The notes beneath the pieces were generated by a model, which worked only from the letters and a program-made list of their open reading frames with translations, had not been told where the DNA came from and ran no database searches. Positions 45,617 through 52,105 of a stretch of DNA of 52,105 bases are shown here, piece after piece (position 1 is the stretch's first letter; each line of letters opens with the position of its first letter). The translations under genes and the position numbers were made by a program. This DNA comes from an uncultured Lachnospiraceae bacterium (GTDB lineage: Bacteria; Bacillota; Clostridia; Lachnospirales; Lachnospiraceae), in the NCBI GenBank assembly GCA_902795705.1, contig CADBMH010000317.1:1-52105 (forward strand), read 5' to 3'.

Positions 45617-47281
45617 TTAAAATAATGTGGAAAATAAATTCAATATCGGCTGAATAATCTTATATCTTCTCGGTCTTTGCAGCCATTCTTCGTAAGTAAT
45701 CTCCTTACAGATCCCGAACATCTCTTCAAAATCCTTTCCGATCCTCTTCTGAATTTTTTCTCCTGACATCCACACACCGATCTCATAATGCAGATAAAAG
45801 CTCCGGTAGTCCATGTTGATCGAACCGACAATTGCTGCATTTTCTGAAAGCATCTGCTTTGCATGAATAAAACCGGGTGTATATTCATAAATACGGACAC
45901 CCTCCGCCAAAAGCCGTCCGTAGTTATAGTTTGTCAAAAGCTTTGCATACTTTTTATCCGGAATATTCGGAGTAATGATCCTGACATCCACCCCTCTCCT
46001 TGCCGCCTCCGCAAGACTCTGCTGAATATCATCTTCTATGATAAGGTATGGTGTCGTAATATAAAGATATCTGTCCGAAAAATTGATCATCTGAAGATAA
46101 AGCCTCTCGATCGTATTAACCGGATTAAGTGCGGGACCGTCTGAAATCACCTGACAATAGGTTCCGCCCGCGATTCCCGCAGACTGCCTTTTATATTTCA
46201 GATAGTCAATGTGCTTTTCAACCTTTTCACATGCTTCCCACATCTGTAAAAAAACAACCGTCATATCCCAGACAGCTTCTCCGGCTATACAGATACCGGT
46301 GTCTTTCCATACCCCGAAACGCTCCACCAGATTTGCATATTCATCGGCAAGATTAAATCCTCCGGTAAAAGCAATCTTCCCGTCAATGATCACATTCTTT
46401 TGATGGGAACGGTAATTCGCATAAAGCTGTCCGGTGTATTTATGGATCGGATTAAAAACGCGCACCTCGATCCCCTCATGCTCCAAAATCTGTTTAAAAT
46501 ACTTTCTGGTGCGGACCGCTGTTCCGAAATCATCATACATAAACTTGATCTCTACGCCCTCTTCTGCTTTTCGCTTCAAAATCTCATGGATCTGATCCCA
46601 TAAAGCCCCCTCTGCCACAATGAAAAAATTCATCAGGATATATTCTTTCGCATGCTCTAATGCCTCACAGATATCCTCAAAGGCTTCCTCCCCCATTTTA
46701 TAATATTTTACCGCATTATCTGCCGTAAGCGGGTTCCCGGCTCCGGTCATATACTTCACCATTCGTCCGGCAATCGGATGCTCTGAAATATACTCCTTCG
46801 CCACTGCCTCATCCGGTATCAAAAACTTTCTGCCATAGGAGATCTGTGTCCGGATATGCCCGTCCAGTTTTTTTCTTTTTCCGCCATTCCAGCCCCAGAG
46901 AAAATACAGGATAAATCCCGAAACAGGTAAGAGAAGCACTAATGAAATCCATGCGATCCGGAACGATGGATTTTCATTTTTATTGACCAGAGTTACAACT
47001 GCAACCACAGAACATAATTCCAAAATGAAATAAAAATAAACCGTACTGTTCCGCAGCCAGACCGACAGAAGAAGGATGAGCAAAATCTGGAGAAGCACGA
47101 TCAAAGCTGTAATGACCAGCCTTAAAAAACCTTCGATATGATTCTGTACCCTTCCCTTCAAATCCTTGAAGCGGCTCTTTTCTGCATGGTATTCTCCCTC
47201 AAAATAGCTTTCAATCCCTTTGTTCTTATTACGTTTGTCCCATCGTTCGTAAGCATTCTGTGTCCACTTTTCTTTATCCAT
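45617..47281 (-). CDS. cls: Cardiolipin synthase
   Basis: N-terminal TMs; PLD motifs HQKNVIID and HAKQMLSE; GSINMDYRS. Confidence 0.92.
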   Translation of the reverse strand: MDKEKWTQNAYERWDKRNKNKGIESYFEGEYHAEKSRFKDLKGRVQNHIEGFLRLVITALIVLLQILLILLLSVWLRNSTVYFYFILELCSVVAVVTLVNKNENPSFRIAWISLVLLLPVSGFILYFLWGWNGGKRKKLDGHIRTQISYGRKFLIPDEAVAKEYISEHPIAGRMVKYMTGAGNPLTADNAVKYYKMGEEAFEDICEALEHAKEYILMNFFIVAEGALWDQIHEILKRKAEEGVEIKFMYDDFGTAVRTRKYFKQILEHEGIEVRVFNPIHKYTGQLYANYRSHQKNVIIDGKIAFTGGFNLADEYANLVERFGVWKDTGICIAGEAVWDMTVVFLQMWEACEKVEKHIDYLKYKRQSAGIAGGTYCQVISDGPALNPVNTIERLYLQMINFSDRYLYITTPYLIIEDDIQQSLAEAARRGVDVRIITPNIPDKKYAKLLTNYNYGRLLAEGVRIYEYTPGFIHAKQMLSENAAIVGSINMDYRSFYLHYEIGVWMSGEKIQKRIGKDFEEMFGICKEITYEEWLQRPRRYKIIQPILNLFSTLF

Positions 47282-47319
47282 TCTCTCTCCAAAACGCCTT
47301 TCTCTAATACTACTTAGGT

Positions 47320-47348
47320 ATTATACCCCAACAGAAAAATTGACGCAA
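47320..47348 (-). promoter_or_regulatory. Sigma-A promoter for cls and downstream genes
   Basis: TTGCGT-N17-TATAAT. Confidence 0.65.
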
Positions 47349-47419
47349 GGCAGGACTCGAACAGACAGACAAAAATCCAAAAAACATTGTTACAGTTCAC
47401 ACATGCGTGTAACAAAACA

Positions 47420-47448
47420 TTTACTTTTCACAAGATAAACTCTATAAT
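47420..47448 (+). promoter_or_regulatory. Sigma-A promoter for the RNase H-like gene
   Basis: TTTACT-N17-TATAAT. Confidence 0.6.
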
Positions 47449-47491
47449 AGATTTGTTTCCACAAAACCATAAAAGCTGGAAAGGAGCCTCC

Positions 47492-48661
47492 ATGAAGACA
47501 TTCATAAGTAAGGTAAAAAAACCTGAATTTTCCTACGAATTTCCACAGGAAAAAGAGAAGATTCTTTTTTTTGATATCGAAACTACCGGTCTTTCAAAGG
47601 AAGTATCTTCTCTCTACCTGATCGGTGCCATGTACTACGATAATACTGAGGAGTCCTTTATGGAAATCCAATGGTTTGCCGACCGTCACCGTGACGAAAA
47701 AACAATGCTCCTTGCTTTTCTGGAGCTTTTAGAAAAATATGACTATTTGTACCATTTCAACGGAAAAACCTTCGACATTCCGTATGTCCTGTTCAAGTGC
47801 CGCCGCTATGAAATCCGTCTCAGTGAACATGCGGAAAAAATCTTAAAAGACGATTCTGGAAAAAAGTCGATCGATATTCTCGCAAGAGTCCGCAAATTAA
47901 AAAAATTTCTTTCTTTAGAGAAATGTAGTCAGACTTCATTAGAAAAATTCTTAAGGCTAGACAGAAAAGATCAGTTCTCCGGCGGTGAGCTGATTCCTGT
48001 GTATGCAGAATATATGCAGCTTAGACTGTTAGAACCGGAAAAAGCAGAAGCTTTAGAAAAGCTTCTCTTATTGCATAACCATGATGATGTTGAAATGATG
48101 CTTTCTGTCTGTGCAATCCTATCCTATGAAGTCCCCTTAAAGGAAACTTCCCTGTCCTTTCTTTCTGCACAGATTGCCGGACAAAACGAAACAAAGCATT
48201 TGCTCCTTTCTTTTTCCTATCCATGCGAAGTACCAAAAGAAATCCGAAGCATACGATACTATCCCGAAACAGACTCCCTGACCGCAACATTAGAATTAAA
48301 AGGGAATCTCGGATTTTTGCATCTGCCTTTGTACACAGGCACATTAAAATATTTCTTCCCGGATTACAAAAACTACTACTATCTTCCGGCAGAGGATACG
48401 GCAATTCATAAAAGCGTATCTGAATTTGTCAAGAAAGAGCATCGCAAACAAGCAACTGCAAGTACCTGTTATACCAAAAGAGAGGGCGTTTTCTTTCCGA
48501 GTCTCATCCCAAAGACAAAAGCTGAAAATTCCTCACAAACACCCCTGTTTTTCCGTAATTATAAAGAAAAGCCTGCATTCTATGAGCTTCCGAAAGATTT
48601 GAACCATACTGACCGTTTTTTCACAAAAATAATAGAGGAACAACTTACGATGTTCCTCTAA
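47492..48661 (+). CDS. RNase H-like (YprB / RNase_H_2, DEDD-type) exonuclease domain protein
   Basis: FFDIETTG, FNGKTFDIPY, HNHDDV; start ATG 47492 behind AAGGAG. Confidence 0.85.
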   Translation: MKTFISKVKKPEFSYEFPQEKEKILFFDIETTGLSKEVSSLYLIGAMYYDNTEESFMEIQWFADRHRDEKTMLLAFLELLEKYDYLYHFNGKTFDIPYVLFKCRRYEIRLSEHAEKILKDDSGKKSIDILARVRKLKKFLSLEKCSQTSLEKFLRLDRKDQFSGGELIPVYAEYMQLRLLEPEKAEALEKLLLLHNHDDVEMMLSVCAILSYEVPLKETSLSFLSAQIAGQNETKHLLLSFSYPCEVPKEIRSIRYYPETDSLTATLELKGNLGFLHLPLYTGTLKYFFPDYKNYYYLPAEDTAIHKSVSEFVKKEHRKQATASTCYTKREGVFFPSLIPKTKAENSSQTPLFFRNYKEKPAFYELPKDLNHTDRFFTKIIEEQLTMFL

Positions 48662-48722
48662 TTTGCATCATCACCTATCCGAACAATGATGACATGTCAA
48701 TCATTCTCGTCTGCTATAAAGC

Positions 48723-49976
48723 TTACTTGGATGAATATCTGAAATAATGCTTAAAAATATCCGTCACACCGAATACCACACCATCTCCGGATGATGAGCA
48801 GTGACACCACAGCATATTTCCATCCTTATCCTTACCGCAGTAAATACCTACATGATCAATATGTCTGGTGATTTCTTCTTCATAATGCTTTTTCACCTTT
48901 TTTTCACGCTTGATCTGTTTCACCACTTTTTCGATATCCCTGTGAAGCATTCTCATTTCCTGCCGGTACGTAAGAATCTTCTGACGATCTGCAGCCAGTT
49001 TATCTTCATCAATGATCGGCTTTCCTGCGTTACCTTCATCTGTCTCCTCGGATTCTAACAGTTCAGCACCCTCATATTGTTCAATGATCATTGCCATTTC
49101 CTGCTGCAGCCTGCTGACCTTCTCATCATATTTTTTATACTTCTTATACAATTTATTCTTCCTTGCTCTGTTTTTCTTAATCTTTTTTACCATGCGCAGC
49201 AGCTTCCGCTGATTCGCCCTTTGAGCAAGCCCGGGTTCCGGATAGGATTTTCCATCTGCATCTAAGTACAAAGAACCTGTTCCTCGTTTCAGACCGATAT
49301 CTCCAATCTTAAGCTCCGACTTTTTAATCTTTTCCAGCCTTGCGATCGCTATCGTAGAACCAAGACTATTGACACGCTTTCCCAACACCTTAGAATACAC
49401 AAATTGCACAAAACCGGAACAATCTAAATGTCTCGGTGTGGTCTTTCCCTTAATATCATTATTTGTCGGTTTCCCTCCCCACAAATATGTGATCTCGCCC
49501 CGGTAGGATTTTGCTAAATGAACAATCTCCTCTCTCGTATTCGGCTTTTTCGTCGGTACAGGTGTCGGTACTGCCGTAGGTGCCGGTGTCGCCGGAAAAA
49601 GCTTTTCTTTCGGCGGTGCCGTCGGTATGTTTGTCGAAGCCGGTACTTCCATCCTTTCTGTCGAATCACTGACTGCCGGTGTTTCAGAAACCTCTGGCAC
49701 ATCACTGACTACAGGAGCCACCGTCGGATCATCCGCAGCTATAGCTGTAGATTTCGGAATATACGGAGATACCTGTACTTCAGAAGCATTCTCTGCAGCA
49801 GGTGTTGCCTTTGCGACAGGCGCCTCTTTTGTCTCCTGCGCTGCTATCAATACCGTTTCCCTGCTGTCACTATGATTCACATAGGATACCCTGCCATCTA
49901 AAACCGCAGACAGCCCAAGCATCAAACAAACAAGAATACAACACTTTGCAATCATAGAAAATCTCTGTCGATTCAT
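48723..49976 (-). CDS. Secreted NlpC/P60 (C40) peptidoglycan peptidase with a large helical insertion
   Basis: Signal peptide, Pro/Thr linker, YLWGG, DCSGFV, GD, HVGIY, HCSS. Confidence 0.88.
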   Translation of the reverse strand: MNRQRFSMIAKCCILVCLMLGLSAVLDGRVSYVNHSDSRETVLIAAQETKEAPVAKATPAAENASEVQVSPYIPKSTAIAADDPTVAPVVSDVPEVSETPAVSDSTERMEVPASTNIPTAPPKEKLFPATPAPTAVPTPVPTKKPNTREEIVHLAKSYRGEITYLWGGKPTNNDIKGKTTPRHLDCSGFVQFVYSKVLGKRVNSLGSTIAIARLEKIKKSELKIGDIGLKRGTGSLYLDADGKSYPEPGLAQRANQRKLLRMVKKIKKNRARKNKLYKKYKKYDEKVSRLQQEMAMIIEQYEGAELLESEETDEGNAGKPIIDEDKLAADRQKILTYRQEMRMLHRDIEKVVKQIKREKKVKKHYEEEITRHIDHVGIYCGKDKDGNMLWCHCSSSGDGVVFGVTDIFKHYFRYSSK

Positions 49977-50031
49977 AGTTGTCCCCCCTCTATGATGTCC
50001 TATTTACGCATTATAAAAAGTCTGCTTTTTT

Positions 50032-50066
50032 GAAAAAAGACTTCCCGGTATTTTCCGAAAAGTCTG
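50032..50066 (-). terminator. Intrinsic terminator of rpmF
   Basis: AGACTTTTCGG-AAAATA-CCGGGAAGTCT followed by a T-tract. Confidence 0.72.
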
Positions 50067-50083
50067 TTTTCTAAAGTGTATGA

Positions 50084-50266
50084 TTATTCCGCATTTGCAA
50101 GAACTTCTTTTTTATTGTAGGAACCACATGACTTACACATTCTGTGTGGCATCATCAAAGCTCCGCACTTGCTACACTTCACCAGATTCGGTGCAGACAT
50201 TTTCCAGTTCGCTCTTCTTTTGTCCCTTCTGGATTTTGAAGATTTATTCTTTGGACAAATAGACAT
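50084..50266 (-). CDS. rpmF: 50S ribosomal protein L32 (Zn-binding form)
   Basis: MSICPKNKSSKSRRDKRR..CSKC..PHRMCKSCGSY; start ATG 50266 behind AGGAGG. Confidence 0.97.
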   Translation of the reverse strand: MSICPKNKSSKSRRDKRRANWKMSAPNLVKCSKCGALMMPHRMCKSCGSYNKKEVLANAE

Positions 50267-50348
50267 TTCCGTTCCACCTCCTAATTCTCGTTCTCTTTTC
50301 TCATAAACAGGCTGCAAACAGCTATTTCCCGTTTGCAACACTCTTTTT

Positions 50349-50377
50349 ATTATACCAATCCGTATTTTCTTTGTCAA
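50349..50377 (-). promoter_or_regulatory. Consensus sigma-A promoter of rpmF
   Basis: TTGACA-N17-TATAAT with extended -10 TG. Confidence 0.88.
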
Positions 50378-50427
50378 GCAGTTTTCGGAAGAAAATCAGG
50401 ATAGCTTTTATTAAGTTAATCAATGCT

Positions 50428-50526
50428 AATCCGTACTTTTCAGAGTTTTTAATCCGTGTTTTTCAGAGTTTTTAATCCGTACTTTTCATGGTTTTCAATC
50501 CGTACTTTTCAGAGTTTTCAATCTGT
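50428..50526. repeat. Non-coding tandem repeat, 4 x 23 bp plus a partial unit
   Basis: Units start at 50428, 50451, 50474 and 50497; consensus AATCCGTACTTTTCAGAGTTTT(T/C). Confidence 0.93.
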
Positions 50527-50570
50527 CTTTATATTGCGAGTTATAACGATCTTGTCGGATCCGCTCCGAA

Positions 50571-50966
50571 CTATGTTTCTATATCCCGATTATTATCTTC
50601 CTCTATTGGATCATCCCATCCAACATTGTCAATCCATGAAATTCCAAAAACATAGTTTTTCGTTTTAGTACCATTTTTGACGTGATACGACATTCCGTTC
50701 TCTAAGCAATCAACACCATAGTCATACTCGTCAGAACCTATATCACCCTCGACACCAATAGATATCTTATATCTATTATCATTATAGAATCCTTGGCATT
50801 CCAGTCTTTCCCCGCTTTCCCAAAAGCTTTTATATCCACAAACAGGCTCGAAAATACATGCTATATCATGCTCGTTTCCATCCGGAACATAAGTTATTTC
50901 TATTCCCCCTTTGTTCATTCCGGAAAACCGGAATTTATCTGAATTTTTCGGGAACAGTATAGCCAT
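50571..50966 (-). CDS. Hypothetical protein, possibly a gene remnant
   Basis: 131-aa ORF overlapping the upstream gene by 32 nt; no clear RBS or motif. Confidence 0.4.
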   Translation of the reverse strand: MAILFPKNSDKFRFSGMNKGGIEITYVPDGNEHDIACIFEPVCGYKSFWESGERLECQGFYNDNRYKISIGVEGDIGSDEYDYGVDCLENGMSYHVKNGTKTKNYVFGISWIDNVGWDDPIEEDNNRDIET

Positions 50967-51417
50967 AAGAAATTAATTTTTTCACATAAGCCTTGTCAGT
51001 CAAACGCTGCAATGACTCTTCATAATATTTTTTATTTTGCTTCTCTTCATATCCAAGGACAATTCTTAAGAAAATAACAAAGCACCCTATGGTTCCTATC
51101 GTTCCGCCAAACACACACCCTGCCAGCTTAACAGGATAACTCCCCATCGTTCTTACATCCGTAATAAGCCATGCAGCACAGACTATGGTAAATACTAAAA
51201 ATCCCAGTGTCGCAAGAAGATAAAGTTTAGGGCTCTTTGTTGCAGGTTCTGCACCCTCCAATGCAATTTCCCGCCATCTATTATCAAAATACTCTGAATT
51301 GCAGGCTTTGCAATTTCTAATGGGACTGCCATATACCCATGCATTACAAGCTTCTCTGTTCTTTTTTCCACATTTAGGACAATTCCATTCAACATATCCC
51401 ATAAATATATCCTCCAT
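50935..51417 (-). CDS. Hypothetical membrane protein with an N-terminal Zn ribbon
   Basis: CPKC..CKAC and two TM helices. Confidence 0.75.
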   Translation of the reverse strand: MEDIFMGYVEWNCPKCGKKNREACNAWVYGSPIRNCKACNSEYFDNRWREIALEGAEPATKSPKLYLLATLGFLVFTIVCAAWLITDVRTMGSYPVKLAGCVFGGTIGTIGCFVIFLRIVLGYEEKQNKKYYEESLQRLTDKAYVKKLISYGYTVPEKFR

Positions 51418-51540
51418 CTTCCCTATAAACTCCGGTTTGTTTTGTTGTTACAGTCCTCATTTTACTACACTCATCCCACAAAAACAATCCTCAAACTGGA
51501 TTTGTTCATTTCCGACGATGAAACCGGTGCAGCCCAGACT

Positions 51541-51843
51541 TTACAACCAGAATGTCAGACAAATAAAAACAGTCACAAGAATCAGGCATACAAAATAAAC
51601 CACTAACATCCTTCTTGTCCTCGCATCCTTCTGATAAGAGGATGCCTGTTTTGTTCCCAAAGCTTCCACTGCTGTATCCGCCTGCTTCTCCGGTACATAG
51701 ATTTCATAAACGGACTTCTGCACCGCACCCGGCAGCAGAAAAACAGAATTCTCCTTTATCTTGCACATAATCCCATGTTCCGCTAATTTCCCCTCAATCT
51801 CATTTGCTTCAAATAAATCTTCTGCTGCATAGAATTTAACCAT
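51541..51843 (-). CDS. DUF2007-like small protein with a C-terminal TM
   Basis: EANEIEGKLAEHGIMC..YEIYVPEKQADTAVEAL pattern; RBS GGAGG. Confidence 0.7.
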   Translation of the reverse strand: MVKFYAAEDLFEANEIEGKLAEHGIMCKIKENSVFLLPGAVQKSVYEIYVPEKQADTAVEALGTKQASSYQKDARTRRMLVVYFVCLILVTVFICLTFWL

Positions 51844-51861
51844 TCTGATCCCTCCCCCCGT

Positions 51862-52104
51862 CTATTTCCGCTTCACTTCAATCGGGATAACGCTTGTAAT
51901 CAACTGGTGCTCTTTTCTGCCCTCTGTATAGCTGATCGTCACCTCTTCCCCTGCAAGCTTTTTCAGTTTTTCTTTCAACTTACTGTCACCCGAAACATCC
52001 AGATATACAAAATGTGCATATCCCAGCCCTTCCTCATCATAGGAATACTCTACCGTGCATGTATTTTCATCGGTCCAATCACTTTCCTCATAAACGATAC
52101 CGGT
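51862..52104 (-). CDS. Hypothetical protein, C-terminal part only (start lies beyond the window)
   Basis: Open frame from the window edge (TGIVYEESDW..IEVKRK) to TAG at 51862, 18 nt before the next gene. Confidence 0.65.
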   Translation of the reverse strand, partial: TGIVYEESDWTDENTCTVEYSYDEEGLGYAHFVYLDVSGDSKLKEKLKKLAGEEVTISYTEGRKEHQLITSVIPIEVKRK

Positions 52105-52105
52105 A

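Noticed and set aside
48662-48722. Bidirectional terminator between convergent genes
   Set aside because: Only a weak AT-rich hairpin (AATGATGAC/GTCAATCATT) without T-tracts; not supportable
108-49901. Numerous short plus-strand and nested ORFs in the ORF track (e.g. 10982-11605, 31550-32254, 39934-40602)
   Set aside because: They are antisense or out-of-frame shadows of well-supported genes and carry no recognisable motifs
50267-50377. N-terminal extensions given by the ORF track for rpmF and likewise rsgA, stp, rlmN, rsmB, natB and the RNase H-like gene
   Set aside because: Downstream starts have good RBSs or stop/start overlaps and match family N-termini; the rpmF extension runs through its own promoter
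50428-50526. CRISPR array
   Set aside because: Units are contiguous with no unique spacers, and no cas genes are present

Overview
52-kb chromosomal window from a low-GC Gram-positive bacterium. Gene content and order suggest Clostridia, probably Lachnospiraceae (inference). Nearly all genes are on the minus strand. The right half (29-50 kb) is core genome: rpmF, an NlpC/P60 hydrolase, a YprB-like RNase H-fold protein, cls, ruvAB, dapF, murE and priA-def-fmt-rsmB-rlmN-stp-pknB-rsgA-rpe-(PilZ)-thiN. The middle (20.6-28.9 kb) is a cell-envelope block: BlaI/M56 pair with a visible operator, M15 peptidase, fructosamine kinase, NatAB-type ABC exporter with a CPBP protease fusion. The most unusual part is a ~16-kb, ten-gene apparent operon (4.1-20.4 kb) forming a self-contained Ser/Thr phospho-signalling system: four paralogous Zn-ribbon kinases (one a clear pseudokinase, one with a solute-binding ectodomain, one with an FHA domain), a PP2C phosphatase, a Zn-ribbon/FHA adaptor, a surface trypsin protease-TM-FHA, a surface VWA-TM-FHA, and two secreted proteins sharing a C-terminal module. 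At the left end is a separate operon: a signal-peptide-less ParB/Srx-like + BMP fusion, a metallophosphoesterase and a REC-REC-HD-GYP protein (truncated by the window edge). A 4 x 23-bp tandem repeat sits just upstream of the rpmF promoter. No rRNA, tRNA, CRISPR array, transposase or integrase was recognised. All calls come from reading motifs by eye; no searches were run.
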